This document shows positions 53,186-63,538 of a DNA stretch of 64,000 nucleotides, one piece after another (positions within the stretch are counted from its first letter, which is position 1; each line of letters begins with the position of its first letter). The notes beneath the pieces are model-generated. The model saw only the letters and a program-made list of their open reading frames with translations, did no database searches and had not been told where the DNA came from. This stretch comes from a virus: the IMG/VR virus record IMGVR_UViG_3300010278_000003. The stretch is one strand, 5' to 3'. Both the position numbers and the translations under genes were made by a program.

Positions 53186-54302
53186 AAAAATCTCTCCTTT
53201 GTTTTAAATATTTTGAATTTTATTTTGTGGAATTACTTTCTGTATAGTTATTCTCTTTTTTTAAAATAAAAAGGTGAGATGTATAAAGTCAGTCTGAGAT
53301 AAGTAGTTGCAAAGTAATTATAATTAATTTGAATATTGGACACCAATAAATAGATTTATTGTGGTTAAGAAGATTGGAATAAAAAAATAAAGCAGACTGA
53401 AAATCAATCTGCTTTGTGTGAGGATATTTAATTTTCTTCTTCTTTTTTTTCTTCAGTAAAAACTATGTTTTCTGCTACTAACCAGTTTGATTCTGGTCTT
53501 GCTATTAAATGAGCTTTCATATTCGCCATTTGGATTATTAATAGAATGAAAAAATGAAAACTTGATGGAACGTAATTTGATAATGAAAAAGTTCGTTATA
53601 TTTGTAAAGTTAAAAGTGTCGGGTTGAAAGTAAGGTGTTTATTTAGGATTTTAGGGATTGGAGTTATTGCAGGGTGAATTAATAATTGAGTTGTTTTGTG
53701 ATTAGGTGAGGCAAAAAGTAGAGTGGTTAATTGGGAAGTTCTACGATATGAGTGGCGATGGGAATGAAAAACGGGAATTTTTGTGGTTTTTTAATAGAGG
53801 GAGAGGGGAGATGTTCAGGTGAAAAGAGGGACGGAACGATGTGATATTTTAAGGTAAAAAGAGGGATTGAGTGAGTGAGAGAGAGGGCTGGCAGGGAAGA
53901 GCGGAGATGGAGGAAAGGAGAGGAGAGTTGGATTTTAAGGCGAGTGTGGAGATGAAACAGCTTTAGGGTTTCCGCTGATTTCAAGGCTTGCTGCTGGTTT
54001 TAAATACCCCCATGTACTGCGGTATTTCCGCATTTTTCCGCAGGAATCAGTGCTTTACAATTTTTTACATATTTACATAAAAATAACACATAGTATTAAA
54101 AACCATGTGTTATAGTATTTTTTATAATGTAAAATAGTATAAGGTATTGCATATCGGATTTTACGTTGTAATTACAACGTAATTTATTTATCTTCCACAC
54201 GTTCACCACTTTGCTCATAAAACAATTTAAAATCAATCTTCCATACTCCACTTTACACCAAAAAACAATTTAAAAATAGGGATAACTCACCACTTTTATA
54301 TA

Positions 54303-54548
54303 TTATCCTTGTTTTTTGCTCTGATCCTTCTCTTTATTTTCATTATCCGGAATATATTCTATAATATCTTCGATTTTACAATCTAATAATTGACATAAAC
54401 AATTAATTGTATCCAATGTAATATTTGTACTATTATTGTTAAATTTTGTAAGTGTCGATTGACTGAAGATATTATCATGTCTAATTTTATAAGTTGTATA
54501 ACCTTTACTTTTTAAAACATTTATTACATTTATTTTATATTTTATCAT
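54303..54548 (-). CDS. Cro/C1-type HTH regulator
   Basis: ITLDTINCLCQLLDCKIEDIIEY signature. Confidence 0.85.
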   Translation of the reverse strand: MIKYKINVINVLKSKGYTTYKIRHDNIFSQSTLTKFNNNSTNITLDTINCLCQLLDCKIEDIIEYIPDNENKEKDQSKKQG

Positions 54549-54768
54549 TTTTTACAATCCTTTACATCTTAAAAAATAATGCACAATAAACTAATAAAAT
54601 ATGCACGAAATTTAGTATATATTGTGTATTAATTATACACGAATAATCGTATATAATACTACTTGTAAACATTAAATAAACAAAAAAAATTAAAGCAATT
54701 CCGTATTTTAATAATTGAATAAAGGCTTTACACTATGATATAATACCACTTGAGAAGGTGGTGATATT

Positions 54769-54930
54769 ATGAATAGGGATGATGATATAATGGATATGAG
54801 TGACGAACAATTTCAAGTCTATAATAATTTAATTAGTTTTATTGATGAATTAATTGACAGAGAAAAAGACGAACACGAACAAAAAATATTAAAAGAACGA
54901 AAAAGAAATATTTTAGCAAATAACAAATAA
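54769..54930 (+). CDS. Small hypothetical protein, 53 aa (not in ORF track)
   Basis: Promoter TTGAAT-18-TATAAT (54715-54744), SD AAGGTGG, downstream hairpin with U-tract. Confidence 0.55.
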   Translation: MNRDDDIMDMSDEQFQVYNNLISFIDELIDREKDEHEQKILKERKRNILANNK

Positions 54931-54990
54931 CTATTATCTAATGTGTAAAGCTTTTAATAACCTATGTATTTATTGCATAGGTTATTTTTT

Positions 54991-55245
54991 TTATTCCGTT
55001 TTCATTCCATCATCTGGAATATATCCTTCTTTTATACATTTTGCCAAACATTGTAAAATAAAATACTGTCTGGATTTTATACCATTTTTTTCTATATAGC
55101 TGTCCAGATCTGCTGCATCAGCTTTTTTCATCCTAAATGTAAAAACTTGGTAAGTTTTATCATTATATCTTTTATTGGAAATTTTTTTCTTTTCTGATAA
55201 ACTCATACAATCACCATCTTGTAATATATAATTTGCACAAAACAT
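54991..55245 (-). CDS. Ribbon-helix-helix-like DNA-binding protein (start probably MSLSEK ~55206)
   Basis: SNKRYNDKTYQVFTFRMKKADAADL...SRQYFI pattern. Confidence 0.65.
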   Translation of the reverse strand: MFCANYILQDGDCMSLSEKKKISNKRYNDKTYQVFTFRMKKADAADLDSYIEKNGIKSRQYFILQCLAKCIKEGYIPDDGMKTE

Positions 55246-55293
55246 TACACCGCATACGTGCTATATTTATGCACAATTTATCTATAAAATCTG

Positions 55294-55411
55294 TTGACAC
55301 AACACGTATGCGGTGCTATACTTTAGCCATAGTCAATCAAATGATTGACAAATAAAAATCATCAAAAAATGTGATTAACCTATTGACATTTACAATTTTA
55401 TGTGATATGCT
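55294..55411 (+). promoter_or_regulatory. Tandem strong sigma-A promoters for the rightward arm
   Basis: TTGACA(55294)-17-TATACT(55317) and TTGACA(55383)-17-TATGCT(55406), both with TG extension. Confidence 0.75.
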
Positions 55412-56201
55412 TTAATCACAAAAACAAATGAAGGAGGCAATGCTTATAAAGTCACGGTTTTAATTTTTAGTAATTAGTAGTAAACAAACAATTTAATCAA
55501 TTAATATTATACCAATGTTTACTACTAATTACAAGCTCGGAAAAAACAATTTTATATCATTTGAATTTAACACTATTTGCAGAGTCCTGGACATTGCAAA
55601 AAAGCTTTTTTCAAACTATAAAATTCTATGGTAGTTACTCAAGTAGTTTTATCATATACAAATTGAATAAAAGCGGTTATAAGATTAATCCCGTAAAAAT
55701 CCATGGAGTCTATTTCGGTAGCAAGAGATAGGATGATTAGCAATCATAGGCTTTAAAACCGACTCCCACCTACTAATTTTTTATTAGTGGAAGATAGCAA
55801 AAAAGCTATAAGCGAACGGCTTAAATCTTAGATTATTTCCAGGAGTGGTCAATAATAGATGCGAGAACGGCAAGACTTATAAAGTCTAAAATAAAAATTC
55901 AACCGTTGTCACGGTTGACAGTGTAAATTCAGTAATCAAACTTATAGCACTGTAAATATAAAAGCATAATAGTTATTCAATTTTAACCAGGTAAAGGGTG
56001 ATGCCTCCGGTTATTTTTATTTTAATAGAGTAATGTCTGTATTATAAAAATACTTGTAAAATTGCTTAACTCCCTTATGTGGACAAAAATTATACATAGT
56101 TAGAAGGGTAGACAATACACAATAGGTCTACCCTTTTATAGTGTGTATAACACTTATTACAAATAACATAACATTTTTTATATTTCAAGGAGGTTATTTT
56201 T

Positions 56202-57050
56202 ATGACTAAAACAACATTATCAATCAACTTTTACAATGCTAAAATTACAGATGAACTCAAAAATGAGTTTATGCAGGCAATCAATCACGAATTAGCAGGG
56301 ATGAACATTGAGATGCTCAATGACTCCATTGCACGACTTGAAAAACAGACTTCATCTATTCAGAAGGATATTGATGACAACGGGGATGACGAAGCAGGTA
56401 CTAAGCAGAAAAAACTTGACGGAATTAATGCGACTATTAGCGATAACAAGGATGCACGGATTAAGTGCGAAGAATCGCAAGAAAAGACTCTTGAAATTTA
56501 TAACAAGGTTGTAACTGTCATGTCTGAAAAGAATAAGGATCATTTTGGCAATAAAAAAGATGTGGTGCGTACTGTTTTACGAGTATTAGCAACATGGAAC
56601 AATTCTAAGCTTGTAAAATATGCAATTATTCCCGCTTTCCAGTCACCAGCACTTTATGACGCACTCGAAACAATCCATATTACATCAACGGCAGATGATG
56701 ACGGTATGCTCATATTGACCGATGATGTAGAACAGGCTTACAAGAAAGCTTCACAGGAATTGGAAACTATCATTAAAACAACCTTCAGTTTGTCATTTGA
56801 AACACCTTATACAGCACAAATGCGTGTAAAATTAAATGCTACAGACAAAAAGCTTTTAAATGATTGTTATGTAAAGGGCTTTACAAATAAATTTGATACA
56901 GATGATGACGGCAATGTATCATTCAAAAAACGTCAGATCAACACACTTGTAAAGGCTAAAAAGAATAAGAAAACACAGGAAGTAACATATGATTATACTG
57001 GACTTGCAAGCACGATCAGCAACATTGTAATTAAACACTATTTCGCATAA
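56202..57050 (+). CDS. Hypothetical coiled-coil protein, first gene of the rightward arm
   Basis: 282 aa, SD AAGGAGG. Confidence 0.75.
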   Translation: MTKTTLSINFYNAKITDELKNEFMQAINHELAGMNIEMLNDSIARLEKQTSSIQKDIDDNGDDEAGTKQKKLDGINATISDNKDARIKCEESQEKTLEIYNKVVTVMSEKNKDHFGNKKDVVRTVLRVLATWNNSKLVKYAIIPAFQSPALYDALETIHITSTADDDGMLILTDDVEQAYKKASQELETIIKTTFSLSFETPYTAQMRVKLNATDKKLLNDCYVKGFTNKFDTDDDGNVSFKKRQINTLVKAKKNKKTQEVTYDYTGLASTISNIVIKHYFA

Positions 57051-57137
57051 TGCAAAAATATAAAGTGTATAGTACGAAGGGCAGAATTTCGGTTCTGCCC
57101 TTTAATAGTGTACATTTTAATATAAGGAGGAAATATT

Positions 57138-57377
57138 ATGAACGCAGTACAAATTAGAAATATGATGCTCAATATTAAAGCTGATTTTGTCGGTATGGGT
57201 AGACCATGGCATTTAAACGATAATTCTGTAATGGAATTATTAATGCAGGTGTATTATCAAACCGATTGTATAGACTGGGAAGAGATAAAATGGCTTTTCA
57301 TAACTTATTTACAAAAAGGAATTTTAGATTTTCCAACAGCAACAAAAATGGCTATGAAAAGAATAAAGGAGGCATAA
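57138..57377 (+). CDS. Hypothetical protein
   Basis: 79 aa, SD AAGGAGG. Confidence 0.65.
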   Translation: MNAVQIRNMMLNIKADFVGMGRPWHLNDNSVMELLMQVYYQTDCIDWEEIKWLFITYLQKGILDFPTATKMAMKRIKEA

Positions 57378-57381
57378 TACT

Positions 57382-57792
57382 ATGAAAATTTATAAAGCAC
57401 TCAATACGGAATATCTGCACAACAAAGTATTTCATATGAATTCAATTATCCTGAAATTAGACAACGGAACTATTTTCGTATGTAATAAATTTAATCATCC
57501 ACACAAATATAATCTTGAATTGATCGTATGGCTGCCACATGAAAAGAAGTGGTTTCGCACATATGCGAAGAATCAGTATACGGAAATGATGTGGGATTAT
57601 TACCGGAAACATAAACCAAAAACAAGTTATGATTTCAAAAAGTATGAAAATATGATGAAGCATTCAAGAAAACATAAATCTGGTGGTTCGGGAATAAGAC
57701 TAAAAAAGGAAAACTATTACGCACGTAAAACATTCACTGACTATGAATGCTCAAATAATCCTTTACATGATTTTAGAAGATATTACAATTAA
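57382..57792 (+). CDS. Hypothetical basic protein
   Basis: 136 aa, SD AAGGAGG. Confidence 0.65.
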   Translation: MKIYKALNTEYLHNKVFHMNSIILKLDNGTIFVCNKFNHPHKYNLELIVWLPHEKKWFRTYAKNQYTEMMWDYYRKHKPKTSYDFKKYENMMKHSRKHKSGGSGIRLKKENYYARKTFTDYECSNNPLHDFRRYYN

Positions 57793-57902
57793 AAATTAAA
57801 ATGTAATTATGGACAATGAAAACAATAGAAACTATTAAAAAGAAATAAAGATTATTGAAAAACACATAAATATGTGATATTATTGGAGGTGATAAGGGAG
57901 GC

Positions 57903-58202
57903 ATGGTTATGATAATTTATGATAAACTTGCAAGTATTTTACAAAAACGTAATATGCAATGGAAAGACCTTTGTAACGCTGGATTAAGTATAAATACACC
58001 TACAAAGTTTTCTCACAATAGAACTATGAACACAGAAAATATAGACAAAGTATGTAGTTTTTTGCAGGTTCAACCAAGCGAAATTATGGAATGGGTATCA
58101 GATGATGAATATAAGATTCGAAAGCAAAACAAAATAAATAAAGAAAAACAAGAACTTAAAGCTCAAATTGCCGAATTGCAAGCGAAATTGAAACAAATGT
58201 AG
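57903..58202 (+). CDS. Cro/C1-type HTH regulator with C-terminal coiled coil
   Basis: IIYDKL...MNTENIDKVCSFLQVQPSEIMEW. Confidence 0.85.
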   Translation: MVMIIYDKLASILQKRNMQWKDLCNAGLSINTPTKFSHNRTMNTENIDKVCSFLQVQPSEIMEWVSDDEYKIRKQNKINKEKQELKAQIAELQAKLKQM

Positions 58203-58230
58203 GGCATACTATAAATTTTATATTTGTGGG

Positions 58231-58440
58231 TTATTTAGTTACGAAACCATTCTCATCTACTTTGCTAGAGAAAATTTCGTTTTCGTTGTTAAATTTTTCA
58301 ACAATTGCTTCAATGATAAATTCATCAATGTCGTTATATGATTTTTCATCGAATTTTGTTTCGTATATGTAATCATTTAAAATGTTATATAGTTCCTTAG
58401 ACATATGCAATTCATGTATAATAATTTTATTTTTATCCAT
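58231..58440 (-). CDS. Small RHH-like hypothetical protein, antisense to the arm
   Basis: 69 aa, SD GAGGAG, flanked by 10-bp inverted repeats. Confidence 0.55.
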   Translation of the reverse strand: MDKNKIIIHELHMSKELYNILNDYIYETKFDEKSYNDIDEFIIEAIVEKFNNENEIFSSKVDENGFVTK

Positions 58441-58577
58441 AGCTCCTCATTTCCGTATGCCCTAAAATAATTATACTAAACTAAATTTACAAATGCAAAT
58501 TGCAATTAAAATTATTCAAGCACCTAAGCGAAAACTTAGGTGCTATTTTTATACTCAAAATTAAGGAGGTTTTTAAA

Positions 58578-61500
58578 ATGGAAAACAAAAAGTCAAAGGA
58601 AATTTCTAAATTATTTTCACATGACAACATTGAAAAAACAAAAGAATATTTAGACATTGCAAAAAGAGAAGCAAAAAGAGAAAAGGCTGCCAATTAAGGC
58701 AGTCTATTATTAAGGAGGTTCTAACATGAGTAAAGAATTAATCAGAGAATATACAAAAATAGCAAAAGAACTCTGCTATGGAAGCGAAATAATAAATGCA
58801 ATTAAACAGGCAAATACTGAAAACGAAGTAGCAAGAATATTAAGAAATGCACGGTTAGCATAGTAAACGGAAAACAAAAAAAGGAAAATATAAAGGGAGG
58901 AATTACAAATGGCAGCTTATGCAGTATTAGGAATTTACGCAATGGTTATATTTATTATTTACAGAGCAATAGAATGGATACACTATGGAATCCAGAAACA
59001 CGAAAGCGAAAGCAGAGAAGGGAGAATGTAATTATAATGACATATACTAATACAAACGTAACGGAAATCGAATATCACGGTATTCCGGGATGGGAATTTA
59101 TAGATGGAACAAAAGTACTTCTTCCTTTTGGTTCTCATATTTTCGAGGTGTACAATGCAAACCAGGATTTAATAGGTAATATTGACGCAGACGGGCAGAT
59201 TGCTAATATAATTGATCTGTTACGCAATGGGCATAATCCGATTAAAGAAAACTGGGAAATGGAGATGGTATGCAATGCTTAAGGCAACAAAAGAAAGATA
59301 CTGGATAAACACCGAAATGGAAAAGGCAGATGCAATCAGTATATAAGGAGGAAACATTTATGAATATTATTTATGCCGTAGTTGCAGATATAAAAAACAA
59401 AGAGCATTTTATAGAAAGCTATTATGATGCAGAGTTATACGAAAAGGTAAGAGAAAAAAGAAATTCTGAAAACTCTGATTTAAGATTTCAAAGCGTCTTT
59501 GAGTTTTATAAAGATGCTATTAGAGAAGCAAAAAGAATTTCAAAACCGTCATATGTAAAAGGATGGAACTATAACGAAAAAAGGAATACAGCTATAACAG
59601 CAAAGTAAATTCGTATTTCCTATGAAAGGATAATATATTAATGAAAAAATGGATAACGAAACAATCTAGTGCTTTTGTACTTGGATTTTTGGACAAATTA
59701 AAAGAATTTAGGTCTACGCCAGATAATGTAGTTGAAGCATTGAATATTGTAACAGAATATATTACTAATAAATATTGGCATTGAAACTAAGATTTGTTTT
59801 GGTTTAGCAACTAAACAGAATAATGCAAACGCAAAGGCAGTTAGGAGAATAAATACCTAGTTGCCTATTTTATTACAAGAAATGGAGGAAACGATTATGA
59901 GTAGATTTAAAACAATTAAAGAAGCAACTGAAGCATGGGTACATGAAATGAATGCAATTCCACAGGGAATGATTTTACGGTTATTCCAGGATCATCCTGA
60001 CGATTGGACAGAAGTTACAAAGCCAAGTAAATATGACAGAGTATATGTATTTGATAATGGAGGCTATGGAGAAATCACAGACTTTGACGAAGAAACGGAA
60101 GAATACATTATCTCACTTGACAACGGAGAAGAAATCAGATGTGAAAATGGCGATTTTGAAGTTAATCATGATGGTTATCTTCCAATGTGGGGAACAATGT
60201 GGAGCTTTGGAGATAGTTGTGATGATTGGTGGTTAGAAGAAGATAACGGAATTGAGCTGATGTCACAGTGCGGATTTAGAATTTATGAAAGTGAAGAGTT
60301 TGGTTACTTCTTTGGAATTGATGGAGCTGGTTATGATTTTTATGAAAGTCATTGGATTCCATTATATAAGGCAAGAGGATTGCAGTGGCACGAAACAGAA
60401 ACGGAGGAATAAGATATGGCATATAAGAGAAAAACAAAAGATTGTTATGCAATTGAAGGAAATTGTGGTTATGGATGGGATATTGAGTGTAATTGTGAAG
60501 ATAGAGCAGATGCAAAAGCACAGTTGAAAACATACAGAGAAAACGTAAATTATCCTGTACGAATTAAAAAATGGAGAGAAAGGATTGGTGATTAGTATGA
60601 ATAAAGAATATGAAATTGAATTTTATAAGGAACTCGCAAGAGAAATTAAACCACATGGCTTCAGATGTTTCTTATATAACAAAGATACAAGTTCATGGTT
60701 ATATATTATTACTCCGAATAATTCATGGTTATATGTGGATAATGGAGATTTTGGTGGATTTAATATTACTTATGAGTATGAACCATCAAGAGATTTTGGT
60801 TCTGGTTGTTGTTACAACGAAGATGCACTGTATGAAATTACTGTTGATACACTGACTAAGGCAGAGCAGTATGGAAAATCTTATGGTAATCGTGGATGGA
60901 TAAATGTTCCTAATATATATGACGGAAGAAGTCATAAAGAAAGTGTATGGAGAAGTCCTAAACATTATGTAGATGCATATAAAGCGATGTCAAAAAATTG
61001 GTGTGCTGATAGATTGATTGAATTATAAAGCAAAGGAAATTGTAATTTTCTCGTAAAAATGAAAGGTAGGTAGATGATATGAAGATTGTAGAAATAGAAC
61101 TTAATCCGGAAGAATCAAAAAATTATAACTTTGAGATGTACGCAGAATATGAGGATGGATATTCATGTTATGTATATGGTAAAGATGAAGAAAGTTGTAT
61201 GTATGAAATTGGAGTGTTAGTAGATAAACACAAAGAGTGTATATATTATACTGCTGTTAATGATGAAGATAGAACGGACGGAGAATGGATTGGAAGAGAA
61301 AATTATATTTATGAGTAAATGAAAAGCACATTTTAAAATACGAAGGGAGATAGTAAAATGGATACAAACAAAAATGTTTATTTAATCACAAATGATAACG
61401 ACTATACAAAGGCAATTAGAATGACGAAAGAACAGGCAGAGGCAATAAATTGGTTTATTGATTTCTTTGATCTTGATTTTAAATTTGAGTGTCCAGAGGA

Positions 61501-61760
61501 TAATGAAATCGATGAGATTTAAAAAAAATAAAAGGTGATAGTTTATGAAATTAAAAGAGATAAATACAATAGAAAAAATATTAAAAAACAATAAAGAAGA
61601 AAAAGACAAAGCTCTTTCGCAGTTTACAAAAGAAATATCATCTGCGAAACTAATAATAGAGGAAAACGGATGCGAAGAAGAAAAATATAAAAGACTATTA
61701 AAGGAGTTAAACGAAGCAAACACTGCATATACATCGTTTACAGAACATAACTGGATATAA
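58578..61760 (+). CDS. Array of small hypothetical early-type genes (e.g. 58578-58697, 58726-58863, ~59037-59282, ~59360-59608, 59641-59784, ~59897-60412, 60416-60595, ~60597-61028, 61079-61318, 61545-61760)
   Basis: Tightly packed co-directional ORFs, nearly all with an SD; no family recognised. Confidence 0.65.
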
Positions 61761-61775
61761 AAGGAGAGTGATTAT

Positions 61776-61973
61776 ATGAAAAAACAATGGAAATATGACG
61801 AATTTGTAAGTATGCTCGAAGCGAAGGGATATGTTTACTTAAGAGATGGTAAGGGAAGTCACAGAATATACGGAAATGATAAAGGAAATATTATTGCAGT
61901 TCCTAAGAAAGAAAAGGTAAATAGAATGATGGCAAAGAGATTATTAAAAGAAATAGAAAGGAAAAGAGCTTAA
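61776..61973 (+). CDS. hicA: HicA-family mRNA interferase-like protein
   Basis: LEAKGY..LRDGKGSHRIY...IIAVP pattern, 65 aa. Confidence 0.8.
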   Translation: MKKQWKYDEFVSMLEAKGYVYLRDGKGSHRIYGNDKGNIIAVPKKEKVNRMMAKRLLKEIERKRA

Positions 61974-61974
61974 T

Positions 61975-62301
61975 ATGAAAATAAACAAAGACGAGTATAA
62001 CAAAATGCAAAATACAAAGCGGATAATAAACGAAATGATTAAAACTGGGAACATGAGGAAATATAATGTTATCTCTTCAGTATGGCTAAAGGAAATTATT
62101 AATTGTTATAAACAGATAGTGAAAAGCACTGAACATTCCGCAGAAACAGAATTTGAGGACGTTGCCAAATTTTTTGTTCGCTGCGGATTTTTTGTTATAA
62201 GAAGTATCAGTGGAAAATGGAAAATATATATATCATTGAGATCTTATGATAATACAATATGTGAAGAAAAAATGAGAAAAGTTAGAAACAAAACAGCGTG
62301 A
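61975..62301 (+). CDS. Hypothetical protein
   Basis: 108 aa, directly after the hicA-like gene; not HicB-like. Confidence 0.55.
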   Translation: MKINKDEYNKMQNTKRIINEMIKTGNMRKYNVISSVWLKEIINCYKQIVKSTEHSAETEFEDVAKFFVRCGFFVIRSISGKWKIYISLRSYDNTICEEKMRKVRNKTA

Positions 62302-62467
62302 TTATAAGGAGGAATAATTTATGGTTATAATAGCACTCGCATTTATTATGTTAATATACGAAGCATGGCATGAAACAAAAGCAAGAGAAACAATGTTAGG
62401 AATTGGGGTTTCAGTTGGAATACTTTTATTACTTGCTTTTATAGGTATGGGATTAGGATTGTAATTA

Positions 62468-63463
62468 ATGAAAGGAAATGGTATCATGGAAAAGAATAGA
62501 TATGCAACGAAGAAAAAAGGCAAGACGGAAGTTTATCCATTTTGGAACATGAAAGACATAAAGAATGTTGTTGAATGGTTTGAGAAAAATAATGAATGGG
62601 ACGGATATTTGATTACATTATTAGAACTACTTCTTGGTAGACGAATTGGTGATACTGTGATGATGAAATGGTCTGATCTGTATTATGAGAACGGTAAATG
62701 TAAAAATGAAATTAATACCATAGAGGAACAGAAAACAGGTAAAACAACAAACATTCCTATAAGCAATATGGTTTGGGAAGCAGTTGATAATTATTTAAGT
62801 CATACTAAAATCAATCCTCTTGAACATTATAATGAGTATATATTTGATTACGAGCCTAAAACAGAATGGATAAACAGAAATACTTTATCAATATATAGCA
62901 AAAACAGTATTGATGCTTGGTGCAGGGCGTTAAATAAAGATCTTTCTGATAAGAGAAAAGGGGAAATATTCAATGATTTTCATAAACAGAAAATGTATTC
63001 TTCGTTAGGGGATTATCTTTATTATGAAGTCGAATATAGTGATATAATCAAATGGCAAACTGATGATTATAGGAGAAAGCTAAAAAAGGCTGTTAAAGCT
63101 TCTGGCATAGATTATCCTGTAAGTACGCACAGTTTAAGAAAATCATGGGGATATTGGATACATAAAACGCATCCATTTGATCCAGATTGTTTATTATCCT
63201 TACAGAAAATGCTCAATCATAGTGACTTACAAACAACAATGAACTATATTGGATTAACAGAAGAGAAGAATCGTCAGTTAATCAATGATCATGGTGAATT
63301 TATTCATAATGTTTTAGCTGGTAAGGGAGATGAAATAGTTAAAAATATGCCTGTTATATCATTAAAATCAGATGACTTAGGGAAGATTATAAGGATGTTG
63401 ACTGATGATGTAGACAAGTACCAAGCAGCAATTAATATGGCAAATGAGCTAAGAGTGTCTTAA
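62468..63463 (+). CDS. Tyrosine recombinase (catalytic domain, no N-terminal binding domain)
   Basis: GRRIGD, EQKTGK, HSLRK, LNHS, TMNY. Confidence 0.9.
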   Translation: MKGNGIMEKNRYATKKKGKTEVYPFWNMKDIKNVVEWFEKNNEWDGYLITLLELLLGRRIGDTVMMKWSDLYYENGKCKNEINTIEEQKTGKTTNIPISNMVWEAVDNYLSHTKINPLEHYNEYIFDYEPKTEWINRNTLSIYSKNSIDAWCRALNKDLSDKRKGEIFNDFHKQKMYSSLGDYLYYEVEYSDIIKWQTDDYRRKLKKAVKASGIDYPVSTHSLRKSWGYWIHKTHPFDPDCLLSLQKMLNHSDLQTTMNYIGLTEEKNRQLINDHGEFIHNVLAGKGDEIVKNMPVISLKSDDLGKIIRMLTDDVDKYQAAINMANELRVS

Positions 63464-63538
63464 CGCAAATTAAAATACACAAAAGAGAGAAATGATATTA
63501 TGTAAATAGTATCATTTCTTTTTTAAGGAGGAAAGCAG

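Noticed and set aside
53727-53984. 85-aa ORF on the minus strand
   Set aside because: Low-complexity Pro/Ser/Leu/Phe product of the purine-skewed tract, with no SD.
59641-59784. Similarity of FLDKLKEFRSTPDN to LLNKLRIYRNAPDD in the 21099-21773 protein
   Set aside because: Too short, and with too little nucleotide identity, to distinguish from chance.
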